64,000 bases of DNA, taken from contig JAKPFN010000083.1 in assembly GCA_029551395.1 (NCBI GenBank), positions 1,779 to 65,778 on the forward strand. The letters run 5' to 3'. The notes below the pieces were generated by a model. The model was not told the origin of the DNA. It searched no databases and saw nothing but the letters and a program-made list of their open reading frames with translations. Below are positions 9,658 through 21,727 of this stretch, piece by piece. Made by a program: the position numbers and the translations under genes. Source of the stretch: Armatimonadota bacterium. GTDB taxonomy: Bacteria > Armatimonadota > UBA5829 > DTLH01. Numbering within the stretch: position 1 is the stretch's first letter; each line of letters opens with the position of its first letter.

Positions 9658-10014
9658 ATGAGCAGAGTTTCCCCTGAGTTTGGCAGGCTCATCAAAGACC
9701 TGCTTGCCAGGAACGGACTGACATTCAGAGGCGCGGGGCTTAAATCAGGCATCAGTGCTGCCTACTGGAAAGATATGTCTGATGGCAGAGTTCCGTCTGA
9801 GGATATGATTGAAAAGATTACCAGAGCGTTCGAGGATGTCGACGAAAACGAGCTTAGAGCCGCCGCTGGTTACGCGCTTGTGCCTGGCAAAGCTGATGCA
9901 GTAAAAGCTGTTGAGTTTGCCCTGCGCGGCCATCAGAACATCCCCGAAGAAGGCAAGAAACAGATACTGGATTTTGTAAAGAAGATAGAAGCAAAGTATC
10001 AGACAAAGGATTAA
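9658..10014 (+). CDS. XRE-family helix-turn-helix regulator
   Basis: LTFRGAGLKSGISAAYWKDMSDGRVPS HTH; GGAGG RBS; coupled to a metallopeptidase. Confidence 0.8.
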   Translation: MSRVSPEFGRLIKDLLARNGLTFRGAGLKSGISAAYWKDMSDGRVPSEDMIEKITRAFEDVDENELRAAAGYALVPGKADAVKAVEFALRGHQNIPEEGKKQILDFVKKIEAKYQTKD

Positions 10015-10017
10015 AGC

Positions 10018-10560
10018 GTGGCAGGGGTCCATTTTATAGATGATGCTGAACGCTTTGCTCATCGGGCCTGGGAATCCCTCAAGCTCGAACCGCCTGTCGA
10101 CGTCAGCAAAGTGGCAAAGAGACTGGGAATCGAGCTTTACAAGGAAGAATTCGTTCCTGAGGTCGATGGGCTTTATCTGCTGATTCCTGGTGCGCCTCCG
10201 GTAGTGGCGGTCAACTGCAGTTACTTGAAACCTCCGGGCCGCCAGCGCTTTACAACGGCTCATGAAATCGCTCATCATCTCCTTGGTCAGCGCATCAAGT
10301 CTCCAGCCAGGATTTTCTTCATAGACAGCGTCAAGACCAGTAAAACGCTTCTGGAACGAGCCTGCGACCGCTTCGCTGCACTCCTCCTGATGCCCGAAGA
10401 CCTCGTCAGAAAGTGGTTTGAGGAGCTTTCTGCCAACCCGGAGAACAGGATAGCCATTATGTCAGAGCGGTTTGGTGTCTCGCCATGGGCAATGCGCGTC
10501 AGGCTCAGAGAACTCGGACTGCCTTACAGGAGTTGGGACAGGGGAAAAATAATCAGGTAG
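10018..10560 (+). CDS. ImmA/IrrE-family metallo-endopeptidase
   Basis: GRQRFTTAHEIAHHLL (HExxH) and ERACDRFAALLLMP motifs. Confidence 0.9.
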   Translation: MAGVHFIDDAERFAHRAWESLKLEPPVDVSKVAKRLGIELYKEEFVPEVDGLYLLIPGAPPVVAVNCSYLKPPGRQRFTTAHEIAHHLLGQRIKSPARIFFIDSVKTSKTLLERACDRFAALLLMPEDLVRKWFEELSANPENRIAIMSERFGVSPWAMRVRLRELGLPYRSWDRGKIIR

Positions 10561-10739
10561 CAAGACGGGATTAATATCTGTATAGACATTAAGACAGCAG
10601 ATTCCACATTCATCCATTGCCAATATTGTCAAATACCGGGCTATTAATTCAAATTATTCACTTCGCCTGCCTGCTTGGAGAATTGCCTCCAAAACCAGTC
10701 TTGTGCAGCGTTCCCACGCTTCTTGAGGCACAGTCACGC

Positions 10740-10768
10740 TTGACCGAAGCCTTCTATCATGTTATAAT
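10740..10768 (+). promoter_or_regulatory. Sigma70-type promoter for gyrB
   Basis: TTGACC, 17 nt, TATAAT with TGn extension; implies a ~185 nt leader. Confidence 0.6.
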
Positions 10769-10884
10769 TACAGTGTCCAAACGCAGACTTTGGTCTAGGA
10801 AAATCGTCACAAATTATGGCTTCTCAAGACTTCATATAACATCTCCAGTCGTGGGTGACTGCCAGCACCAGAAGGTGCGTATGA

Positions 10885-13005
<2,121 letters not shown>

Positions 13006-13050
13006 CTTGCGCGAAGACCGTTATACAATTTAGTTGTCGGCTCAAACACA

Positions 13051-13080
13051 AAGGCCAGGTCGCTTTAGATCTGGCCTTTA
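13051..13080 (+). terminator. Terminator downstream of gyrB
   Basis: AAGGCCAGGTC/GATCTGGCCTT stem. Confidence 0.55.
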
Positions 13081-13188
13081 GTATTCTAGGGCAAATTACT
13101 AACAATTTTATGCATCTATATCTCTAATCCATGTTGACAGTCTGCTTGCATGTGCAGGCTCAATATGGTAATATCATGACTGTAAAGA

Positions 13189-13263
13189 GGGCCCATAGCT
13201 CAGCGGTAGAGCGGCCGGCTCATAACCGGTTGGTCCCTGGTTCGAATCCGGGTGGGCCCACCA
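13189..13263 (+). tRNA. tRNA with CAT anticodon, most likely tRNA-Ile2 (lysidine type)
   Basis: Cloverleaf: GGGCCCA/TGGGCCC acceptor stem, A73, encoded CCA, GTTCGAATC T-loop, anticodon CAT at 13221-13223. G1:C72 excludes fMet; the CTCATAA loop resembles Ile2, but elongator Met is not excluded. Confidence 0.92.
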
Positions 13264-13583
13264 TTTGTCCTCACGATGTAACTCCTCATTGTAGTAATCC
13301 TTCAAAAAGCGGTTGAAAAGACAGCAGACGATTCATCTAAGATATTCATCGATAATAATTCCCTGAGTGAAGCTTCTTGCTATAGCAAGTAATATAGTGT
13401 AATATGATCTCGTAACAACCAACTGGGGGGTTGGGTGTTAGGGGTTTAAATGGGTGTATGATGAGAGGGATTTCTATGTACGTACCTGACCTCTAACCTC
13501 CAACCCCTTTTTGCATGCAGGCAGATAACCGTGCTTTTCCTCTGCCTGAAAAGCCATAATCATATTTTATAGGAGGTTTTTCC

Positions 13584-15767
13584 GTGCCAGCTCCGATTTC
13601 TTATAAACCTCGGTTCATCCCTACACAGACCGAGCCTCCAGTTGTACATGCTGCACATAGCTACGATGATGCTACTGATACTCTGACCTACGAGTATAAC
13701 GGCAGAAATATCATTACCATGACCGGCCAGGGGTCCGAAGGATTCGGTTACCGCCACAGCTCTGATGGAGATATCCAGAGTTGGCCGTTCACTCAGCAGT
13801 TATATTTCATACTTGATGAACCAAGGATCGCTCAGGTGACATTCCGCCTATCGAGTGATGCGGTGTGTATGCGTCCAAACCGTGCGAGTGATGAGCAGGC
13901 TATCATAGGACAGGTCGGTCGTCCGCTTCTCTATGGTGTAAATGGAGTTTACGATGTCAACCAGGATCTTCTGATAGAATGGTACGGCCGGGATTGGAAA
14001 TGGCTGGACGACCAGTTCGAAGTAGACCCGGAAACCGGAGAATTGCTCGCCCGGCTGGAAGTGGAACTGGGTCAGTCTTCCTGGTTCGTTAATCTGAGGC
14101 CCCAGTACTACCGGACTCACCTTGGCTACATGTATCACAAACCCTGGGAGTTCCGCCCAACTCCGAAACCGGTGTCAGGATGGTGCTCCTGGGAAGCATA
14201 CCGTAGGGATGTCTCCGAAAGTGACGTCGCAGGCGCAGCAGAGTTCTTCTCCAAGCATTTCAAAGCCTATGGTATGGAGTACATCCAGATAGATGACGGC
14301 TTCGAAAAGACTCCCATACCTTACGATCCCAAGGGATCGATCGCTAACGCATGGCTTGATACCAATGATCAGTTCCCGAATGGTCACCAGGCTGTCGTTG
14401 GTAAGATCAGAAAAGAAGGCCTGAAGGCTGGTATCTGGACTTCTGCATCACTTACCAACAAAGAGTTCATGGAAGAGCAGCCGGAATGTATTATCAAAGA
14501 CAAGGACGGTCAGTGCATAGAGGGAGAATGGCTTGGCTATCTGCTGGATTGCCTTCCTGATACGCTGGACAAACACATCCGCCCTTACTATGAAGGTCTG
14601 AGGAAACTGGGTTATGACTACTTCAAGACAGACCAGATCCGCCACTTGCTTTTTGACGGACTACACAAGGCTGCCAGAATGGGAGTGCTGACGACGGATG
14701 AAGTTCAGAAGCGTTTCCGGGCGTTCATGAAGTGTGCGCGTGAGGGTATAGGTGCCGATGCGTTCTTCCTCGCCTCCTGGGGAGTGCTTTCTGAGGTAGT
14801 TGGAATCGTCGATGCCTGCCGTATAGCTATAGACGCCAACCCGACCTGGGCAGGAGTCAGAATGCAGCTTGTTGAGTCGGCAAGATGGTATCACAGCCAC
14901 AGAGTCCTGTTCATCAATGACCCGGATCATCTCTGTGTCCGAACAAAGTTCGAATGGGCACGCACCCTTTGCTCGCTGACATCGCTCAGCGGCAGTCTGT
15001 TCATGCTCAGTGACCCGCTGGATGCATACGATGAGGAACGGATCAGGCTCATTCAGCGCTGCCTGCCGCCGCTTGCCACAATGACAGCCGAAACTGGCCC
15101 GCTGGATATGAGATCGCCTGCCTTCACCTGGACCAAACTGCACGGTTTTGCAGTCAAACGGGAAAAACCAGTCGATGTAAAGCCTACGGAACTTGATGAC
15201 GCACTCAACATGGCCGGAAGATATCCGACTATGAACAACGATCACCCGTTCTCGACACTCTGGGCGTTCCATCTGGATGTTCCGGGCAGAAATCCGTGGT
15301 CTGTGGTCGGTAGAATCGCCACGATACCGCTCAAGGAGACTGAAATTTCGCTTGAGAACCTTGGGCTTGACCCTGAGAAAGACTATCTGGTGTTCGATTT
15401 CTGGGCAGAGAGATACCTGGGCCGCGTTTCCGGCAAGTTCCATGTGCCCGGACTGGATTTAGGCCACTGCCAGATACTGTCGCTTCGCCAGGTGCTTTCC
15501 AGGCCGCAGTTCCTGGCCTCTACCAGACACATCAGCATGGATGCGGTCAGCGTGAAGTCCGAGACTTGGGCTGACAGGCAGTTGACAGTCGAGCTTTCCG
15601 GCATTCCGGGAACAAAGGAAACCTACTGGTTCCATGTTCCGCTCGGATACGTGCTTACTGAGGTTTGTGCAGATGGCATAACAGCTTCTCACAAGCAGCT
15701 TGGTGAGATTGTCTCGGTAGAAGTCGAGTTCACAGCCGATACTGGCGCTATCAAACTGGTATTTTAA
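13584..15767 (+). CDS. Alpha-galactosidase-like glycoside hydrolase (GH36/GH27 clan)
   Basis: GWCSWEAY, YIQIDDGF, GYDYFKTD, RIAIDA, INDPDHL motifs. Confidence 0.85.
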   Translation: MPAPISYKPRFIPTQTEPPVVHAAHSYDDATDTLTYEYNGRNIITMTGQGSEGFGYRHSSDGDIQSWPFTQQLYFILDEPRIAQVTFRLSSDAVCMRPNRASDEQAIIGQVGRPLLYGVNGVYDVNQDLLIEWYGRDWKWLDDQFEVDPETGELLARLEVELGQSSWFVNLRPQYYRTHLGYMYHKPWEFRPTPKPVSGWCSWEAYRRDVSESDVAGAAEFFSKHFKAYGMEYIQIDDGFEKTPIPYDPKGSIANAWLDTNDQFPNGHQAVVGKIRKEGLKAGIWTSASLTNKEFMEEQPECIIKDKDGQCIEGEWLGYLLDCLPDTLDKHIRPYYEGLRKLGYDYFKTDQIRHLLFDGLHKAARMGVLTTDEVQKRFRAFMKCAREGIGADAFFLASWGVLSEVVGIVDACRIAIDANPTWAGVRMQLVESARWYHSHRVLFINDPDHLCVRTKFEWARTLCSLTSLSGSLFMLSDPLDAYDEERIRLIQRCLPPLATMTAETGPLDMRSPAFTWTKLHGFAVKREKPVDVKPTELDDALNMAGRYPTMNNDHPFSTLWAFHLDVPGRNPWSVVGRIATIPLKETEISLENLGLDPEKDYLVFDFWAERYLGRVSGKFHVPGLDLGHCQILSLRQVLSRPQFLASTRHISMDAVSVKSETWADRQLTVELSGIPGTKETYWFHVPLGYVLTEVCADGITASHKQLGEIVSVEVEFTADTGAIKLVF

Positions 15768-15790
15768 CTGGTTTCTGCCATAGATCGTAT

Positions 15791-15828
15791 AAAATCGCTC
15801 CCGGATACAGGTCTGGGAGCGATTTTTT
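15791..15828 (+). terminator. Rho-independent terminator
   Basis: AAAATCGCTCCCGGA/TCTGGGAGCGATTTTTT. Confidence 0.8.
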
Positions 15829-15931
15829 GTAATTAAGTAAAGATATTCCACATGGGTATTGCATAGCTTGCTTGCTTGATGTATAATCCACCTTAGCGAA
15901 CAACTGTTCGACTCTAATTTATGAGGATAAC

Positions 15932-16408
15932 ATGGAACCAAAGATAATCACCAGAGAAGAGATTAAGCTGATTGGTATGCAGTACATCGGGAACAACTCG
16001 AACGGAGAAATCCCAAAGCTGTGGGAGAATTTTCTCCCTAGAATTGAAGAGATAAAGAACCAGTCAGGTGAATGTGTATGCTACGGTGTATGCGAGTGTC
16101 TTTGTGAAGGAGAGTGCAAGTGCGGTTGCGGCGGTGATTTTTCGTATATCGCCGCAAGAGAGGTCAGCAGCTTTGATGATGTACCTGAGGGAATGATAAC
16201 CAGGACAATCCCCGCTTCGAAGTATGCGGTTTTCACACACAAGGGATTGCTTGAGAGTCTGAACAAGACTTTTGAGGATATCTACAGCAAGTGGATACCT
16301 GCTGCCGGGCTGGAAATAGCTGGAAGCTACGATTTCGAATACTATGATGAGCAGTTCAAGGACTTCGCGCCTGATTCAGAACTCGATATCTATGTTCCAG
16401 TAAAGTAA
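15932..16408 (+). CDS. GyrI-like (AraC effector-binding) domain protein
   Basis: IPKLWENF, YIAAREV, IPASKYAVFTHKG, DFEYYDE, DIYVPVK pattern. Confidence 0.9.
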   Translation: MEPKIITREEIKLIGMQYIGNNSNGEIPKLWENFLPRIEEIKNQSGECVCYGVCECLCEGECKCGCGGDFSYIAAREVSSFDDVPEGMITRTIPASKYAVFTHKGLLESLNKTFEDIYSKWIPAAGLEIAGSYDFEYYDEQFKDFAPDSELDIYVPVK

Positions 16409-16484
16409 AACGGTGGTAAAATGCTAACAATCCATCCTCCGATGAAATAAAATCTGAGGAGGATGGTCAAACCCTTCGATCATA

Positions 16485-17665
16485 ATGGCAAGAAGTATGG
16501 GTAGCCTCACAGCAGGGGACTATATCGAACAATTGAAACATGGTGATACCAAAGCGAAGCGGTTAGCTGCGTTGAGTTTGCGTCATAGTAGTAGCAAGAT
16601 GGCTGTGCCTGCCTTACTCGAGACACTTAATGATCCGGATGTGTTCGGACCAGCCTTTTTGCATTATCTCATCATAGAAAGGCCGTGGAGGCAGTGCCTA
16701 AGCTTGTCGAACTTTTAGAAAGCACTGATGAATTCGGTTTGCTTCTAATAATAAAAGCATTAGGAACCATTGGGGACCGACGAGCTTTGCAGCCATTAAT
16801 CGATGCCCTAAAGAGAGTAAAACCAGCACAACGCTGGATAATTTGGGATACAATAGGAGACATTGGATGTGCTGAAGAGGTAAAACATCTGTCTTACCTG
16901 CTCAATACTCCGGATTGGCAAGTGACTCCTGAAGATCGTCTGGTACTGCTGGAATTGGATTCTAAGCCTGCCCGCCCGTTATCTCCAAATCAAGTGGAGA
17001 AGATCAAGGCAGACATTGCGGAATTTACGAATGCAGATGTAAAAGCAAGATGGCGCGCTGTTTCCAGATTGGCCCGCAGGCGTGGTTTAGTTGTAGAGCT
17101 TTTAACGGAAGCCACAGCAAGTCCGAATCCAATGATTCGGTTTTACGCACTTTATACGCTGGGACAGATTGGAAATCCTCGTATTTATCCCGTCGCGCTG
17201 GCAATGACCAAAGATCCTAATCCGCATATTCGATGGGATGCATGCAAACTGCTGGGAATTATGGGCGGCAGCCGCGCAATTCCTACGCTTATAGAGGTTT
17301 TACTTAATGCAACTGAAGGTGATTTGGCAGTAAACGGCGCCTTAGATGGGCTGGAAGCAATAGGTGATCCTGCTTTACCGGCGGTCAAAGATCTTCTTCG
17401 GGCTGAAAACGAATTAGCGCGTATCACAGCGGCTTATCTTCTTGGCCATATCGGTTATGAGGAAGAATTCGATATTCTTGCGGAGCTTTTACACGATCCT
17501 AACCCAGCCATGCGAATAGTGTGTATGGAGTCGCTTATCATGTTATCGATTCGTCTACCGAAGAAAGGAAAAGAATGTCTGGAATTGATAAAACGGATGA
17601 CCAAAGATCCGGTTAAGAGCGTAAAGGAGCGTGCTGTATACTTCTATGAGGAAATTACAGGATGA
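16485..17665 (+). pseudogene. HEAT-repeat protein split by a one-base frameshift (true pseudogene or sequence error)
   Basis: ORFs 16485..16718 and 16685..17665 both show HEAT/PBS-lyase repeats. Adding one T to the T5 run at 16656-16660 gives continuous ...DPDVFGPAFFALSHHRKAVEAVPKLVELL... Confidence 0.65.
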
Positions 17666-17672
17666 TTCCTAT

Positions 17673-18938
17673 TTATGCCCGCTCCGTAATGTACTCCTCC
17701 ATCTTCCCAACCAGATCGTGGGTGATTTCGGCGTCGATTATTATCCGGTCGCTCTGGTAGTCGGCTGAGAGCACCCTTCCTCGGTCGTAGCAAAGCGATA
17801 CGAGGTCGCTTCGGTCGTATGGAACCTCCATACGCACCCTGGTCAACAGAGATTGTATCGTAAGCGATATCTGCCTCATCAAATACGGCAGTCCCTGATG
17901 CTTTTTGGCCGAGATGTAGACCGAATTCGGCGTTTCTGCCACAGCTCGGCGGAGTTCATACTGGTCAGCAATAAGATCGGCCTTGTTGAACACCGTAACA
18001 ACCGGTTTATTGGCAACGCCAAGCTCCTCCAGCACGTTAATTACCGCTTTTTGCTGATCTTTGGCGTGCGGATGGCTTGCGTCTACCACGTGAATCAGGA
18101 AATCGGCGTCTACTACCTCTTCAAGCGTGGCTCTGAAAGCAGCAACCAGGTGGTGAGGCAAATCCCTGAGAAACCCTACTGTATCGCTGATGAGCACAGA
18201 CCAACCATCAGGCAGTGCAACTCGCCTGGTAGTCGGATCAAGCGTTGCAAACAGTTTCTGGTCGACATAAACATCTGAACCTGAAAGCGTATTGAGCAGC
18301 GTGGACTTTCCAGCGCTGGTGTAACCAACAAGCGCAGCCGATGGGAACGGCAGCCGCTTTCGTCCAGCCTTCTGCACGTTTCGATGCCGTCGAACCTCGT
18401 CAAGTTCTTCGGCTACATCGCTGATACGCCCTCTCAACCGCCTTCTGTCAGACTCTAGTTTGGTCTCACCTGGGCCTCTGGTGCCGATTCCACCGCCCAG
18501 CCGGGAAAGCGCAACCCCTTTACCGCTCAATCTTGGCAGCAGGTAGTTGAGCTGTGCCAACTCGACCTGCAGTTTACCTTCCTTGGTATGAGCGCGCTGG
18601 GCGAAGATGTCAAGAATAAGCTGCGTGCGGTCGATGACCCTGACAGTAACCGTTTCCTCGAGGTTTCGCTGCTGAGTGGGGCTTAAATCTTCTCCGACCA
18701 CTACCACAGTCGCGTCAGTATCTTGAACCACTTCATATACCTGCATCGCGTTGCCCTGACCGATGTAGTAGGCAGGGTCCGGATGGCTTCTGCGCAGGTG
18801 AATTTCCTCAGCCAGGTCAGCGCCGGCGCTCGAAAGAAGCTCTTTAAGCTCTTCTGCGTTCCATTCGGCGATATCCGGGTCAGGTGGGTCTATGATAACC
18901 AGCACCGCTCGGTCGCGGGCTTCAACGTTGTAAGTCAC
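17673..18938 (-). CDS. hflX: GTPase HflX
   Basis: IDRTQLILDIFAQRA, GIGTRGPGETKLE, VGYTSAGKSTL, FATLDPT, DTVGF, FNKAD; start set at GTG 18938 after AAAGGAGA. Confidence 0.95.
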   Translation of the reverse strand: MTYNVEARDRAVLVIIDPPDPDIAEWNAEELKELLSSAGADLAEEIHLRRSHPDPAYYIGQGNAMQVYEVVQDTDATVVVVGEDLSPTQQRNLEETVTVRVIDRTQLILDIFAQRAHTKEGKLQVELAQLNYLLPRLSGKGVALSRLGGGIGTRGPGETKLESDRRRLRGRISDVAEELDEVRRHRNVQKAGRKRLPFPSAALVGYTSAGKSTLLNTLSGSDVYVDQKLFATLDPTTRRVALPDGWSVLISDTVGFLRDLPHHLVAAFRATLEEVVDADFLIHVVDASHPHAKDQQKAVINVLEELGVANKPVVTVFNKADLIADQYELRRAVAETPNSVYISAKKHQGLPYLMRQISLTIQSLLTRVRMEVPYDRSDLVSLCYDRGRVLSADYQSDRIIIDAEITHDLVGKMEEYITERA

Positions 18939-19165
18939 TCGTTCTCCTTTTAACAGGTCCAGGGATACTGAACAATAACGCATTTGTTGTACCCTATTTC
19001 GGCAGACCTGTAACACCGCCAAAGTGTTCCGTTTTTTCGGCTCTTAGATTTACTTGCGGAACATGTATCGATAGATTGTATCTTCGAAGTCAGATTGCAT
19101 CCAATTATTTTATAGAATAAAAGCGGCCATGTGTGTAGTGTATTATGAGGTAGATAGAGGCAATT

Positions 19166-19191
19166 GGGGTGCGAAAACAGCCTCGCACCCC
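19166..19191 (-). terminator. Hairpin between dapL and hflX
   Basis: GGGGTGCGA/TCGCACCCC stem just after the dapL stop. Confidence 0.45.
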
Positions 19192-19198
19192 CTAGATG

Positions 19199-20371
19199 TT
19201 AGAACTTGATATGCTTCGCTATCCGCTGTACTGCTTCGTGTACCCGTTCGCCGTCCTTATCGCCGGAGACAGTGAGCGACATTCTGATGTAACCTTCGCC
19301 ATATTGGCCGTAGCCGTTTCCAGGTATAGCCAAAACACCTGCATCCTGAAGGAGAGTTTTAACGAACTCAGCAGATGTATAACCGGAAGGTATCTTTGCC
19401 CAAACATAAAGCGATGCAAGCGGTTTTTTGACTTCCCAACCGAGCTTGTTCAGCCCTTCTACCAATATATCCCGCCTTTTTCTGTAAAGTGCAAGCGTCT
19501 CAGCGTTGTCTACGTGCTCCAAAGCGTGTGCAGCGGCGATATCGATGGCTGGGAATTGCCTTGAGTCCACATTAGACTTCAACTTGTTGAGTGCCCGAAT
19601 CAATTCTGAGTTCCCGACAGCCATTCCAATCCTCCAACCGGTCATGTTGTAGGTCTTGGATAGCGAGTGCATCTCGATACCGACATCCTTGGCTCCTTCA
19701 GCCTTGAGGAATGACGGCGGCCTGTAGTCTTCGTAGAATACTTCGCTGTAAGCACAGTCGTGGCAGACGGCTATATCGTATTCCTTGGCAAACGCGACGA
19801 CATCCCGGAAGAAATCTACTGTTGCAATGGCTCCAGTAGGGTTATTCGGATAGTTCAGATACATAACTTTGGCCTTGTGGGCAACATCCGAAGGGATTGC
19901 TGTCAGGTCTGGCAGGAAACCGTTCTCCTCGAGAAGCGGCATAACAACCGGCTCTCCGCCTGCGAGAAGCGTAGCCATTTTGTAGGCTGTATAAGCCGGG
20001 TCAGGCACCAGCACAACATCACCTGGGTCAACCATTGCCCATGCAAAGTGAACCAGGCCTTCTTTTGAACCAATCAGCAGCACAGCCTCAGTCTTAGGGC
20101 AAATGTCTACGCCAAAGCGCTTTTTATACCACCTACCAACCGACTCTAGGAACATCGGCCAGCCGCACTCGGTCTCATCGTAGCGGTGAGTCACCGGGTC
20201 TTTTGCTGCTTCAGCCAGTTTGTCGATGATTATCTGTGGTGTTGGCTGGTCAGGGTCGCCTATTCCCAGGTCAATCAGGTCACGGCCTTCTTCTATCGCC
20301 TTGGCTTTCATTCTTGCTATCTCACCGAACAGATACGGTGGAATAAGGTCTAATCTTTTAGCGTACTGCAA
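19199..20371 (-). CDS. dapL: LL-diaminopimelate aminotransferase
   Basis: IPPYLF, IDLGIGDPD, LNYPNNPTGA, HDCAYSE, SLSKTYNMTGWRIG (class I PLP); next to dapF; start set at TTG after AAGGAG. Confidence 0.85.
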   Translation of the reverse strand: MQYAKRLDLIPPYLFGEIARMKAKAIEEGRDLIDLGIGDPDQPTPQIIIDKLAEAAKDPVTHRYDETECGWPMFLESVGRWYKKRFGVDICPKTEAVLLIGSKEGLVHFAWAMVDPGDVVLVPDPAYTAYKMATLLAGGEPVVMPLLEENGFLPDLTAIPSDVAHKAKVMYLNYPNNPTGAIATVDFFRDVVAFAKEYDIAVCHDCAYSEVFYEDYRPPSFLKAEGAKDVGIEMHSLSKTYNMTGWRIGMAVGNSELIRALNKLKSNVDSRQFPAIDIAAAHALEHVDNAETLALYRKRRDILVEGLNKLGWEVKKPLASLYVWAKIPSGYTSAEFVKTLLQDAGVLAIPGNGYGQYGEGYIRMSLTVSGDKDGERVHEAVQRIAKHIKF

Positions 20372-20440
20372 CGTTAACTCCTTCAATTTGGGTTGTTGAT
20401 GTAGAATCAAGAGTCAAGACAGCATAGGTATTGGGTGTAT

Positions 20441-21310
20441 CTATTCTCCTGATGTCCAATCAGCAATCGTTTCCGGGGATATTTCTCCTGTGAAGACTTC
20501 AACAGCCGGGCCAGTCATCATTGCAGGACCATCTTCCGGCCACTGGATTTCCAGGTCTCCTCCGTTCAGATGAACAACTACCGATCTTTCAGTCTTGCCG
20601 TTCAGGATGGATGCTACAACGGACGCGCATGCTCCGGTTCCGCAGGCCAGAGTCTCTCCAGCACCTCGTTCCCAGACCCTCATCCTGATTTCTTTTGGAG
20701 AAATGACCTGTATAAACTCAACATTCGTCCTTTCAGGGAACGAAGGATGTACTTCTACTTCCTGACCGATTATCCTCACCGGATATTTCTCAACATCTTC
20801 TACGAACGAAACGCAGTGAGGGTTTCCCATGTTTACGCAGGTAACAAAGATTGTACGGTCTCCCAACGCAAGCGGTTCGTTTATTATGGGACCGGTTCCG
20901 GGCATGAAGCTTGGTATTTCGGCTCGGTCGAGTCTTGGATTGCCCATGTTGACGCGAGCGGCGGTGACTTTTCCATTTGATTTTACAAGGTCAATCACCT
21001 TCAGTCCGCCGAGAGTTTCCACCCGTACGGGATCAGCCGTTGTTATTCCCTGCTCATACGCGAACTTGGCAGCGCACCGAATGCCATTACCGCACATTTC
21101 TGCCTCGCTGCCGTCCGGGTTCATCATCCTCATAAAGAAGTCGGCGGTATCAGACGGTATTACAAGAATCAGGCCATCGCCGCCGACTCCGAAATTTCTA
21201 TCGCATATTCTTTTAGCGAGTTTGGGAAGCACTGTGTCGCTCAGATGTTCCTTAAAGCCGTTGACAACAACAAAGTCGTTGCCAAGGCCATGCATCTTCG
21301 AGAAAATCAC
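20441..21310 (-). CDS. dapF: Diaminopimelate epimerase
   Basis: [42 protein letters not shown]. Confidence 0.97.
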   Translation of the reverse strand: MIFSKMHGLGNDFVVVNGFKEHLSDTVLPKLAKRICDRNFGVGGDGLILVIPSDTADFFMRMMNPDGSEAEMCGNGIRCAAKFAYEQGITTADPVRVETLGGLKVIDLVKSNGKVTAARVNMGNPRLDRAEIPSFMPGTGPIINEPLALGDRTIFVTCVNMGNPHCVSFVEDVEKYPVRIIGQEVEVHPSFPERTNVEFIQVISPKEIRMRVWERGAGETLACGTGACASVVASILNGKTERSVVVHLNGGDLEIQWPEDGPAMMTGPAVEVFTGEISPETIADWTSGE

Positions 21311-21600
21311 TCCTGCTCCTCTTCTTCCATAGATTGTCCACCTTGTCCGGCAGCGCGTGCTTTCTCAGACACCATTTCGCGCATCCCAATTGGCTTCATC
21401 GGCACTACAGATGCTATCGCGTGTTTATATATCAATTGAGGAGGCTTACCCTGGCTGTCCAGAACTACGGTAAAGGCGTCGAAGCCTCTTACCATCCCCT
21501 TAAGCTGCACTCCGCCGGTCAGGTAGATGGTTACAGGCGTGTTCTCCTTCCTCACCTGATTCAGGAACAGATCCTGCAGGTTCATTTGGGTCTTGTTCAT
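21307..21600 (-). CDS. hfq: RNA chaperone Hfq
   Basis: [38 protein letters not shown]. Confidence 0.95.
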   Translation of the reverse strand: MNKTQMNLQDLFLNQVRKENTPVTIYLTGGVQLKGMVRGFDAFTVVLDSQGKPPQLIYKHAIASVVPMKPIGMREMVSEKARAAGQGGQSMEEEEQE

Positions 21601-21727
21601 ATACGACTCCCTATTCTTGAGTTGGCGGTACCGGATGGTAAGCCTGGTCCGCCATTCTTCACAGTCAGCGGTTCCCGAACCGAGCTACCTGGTGCAGGGC
21701 AAAATCAACCGCCAACATGTCTGCTAA

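Noticed and set aside
13426-13510. G-rich/C-rich imperfect inverted repeat upstream of the GH36 gene
   Set aside because: It is imperfect, low-complexity and single-copy, with no recognisable riboswitch features.
13264-13560. tRNA 3' end as an integration site for an island
   Set aside because: There is no integrase, no duplicated tRNA 3' end and no mobile cargo in the window.
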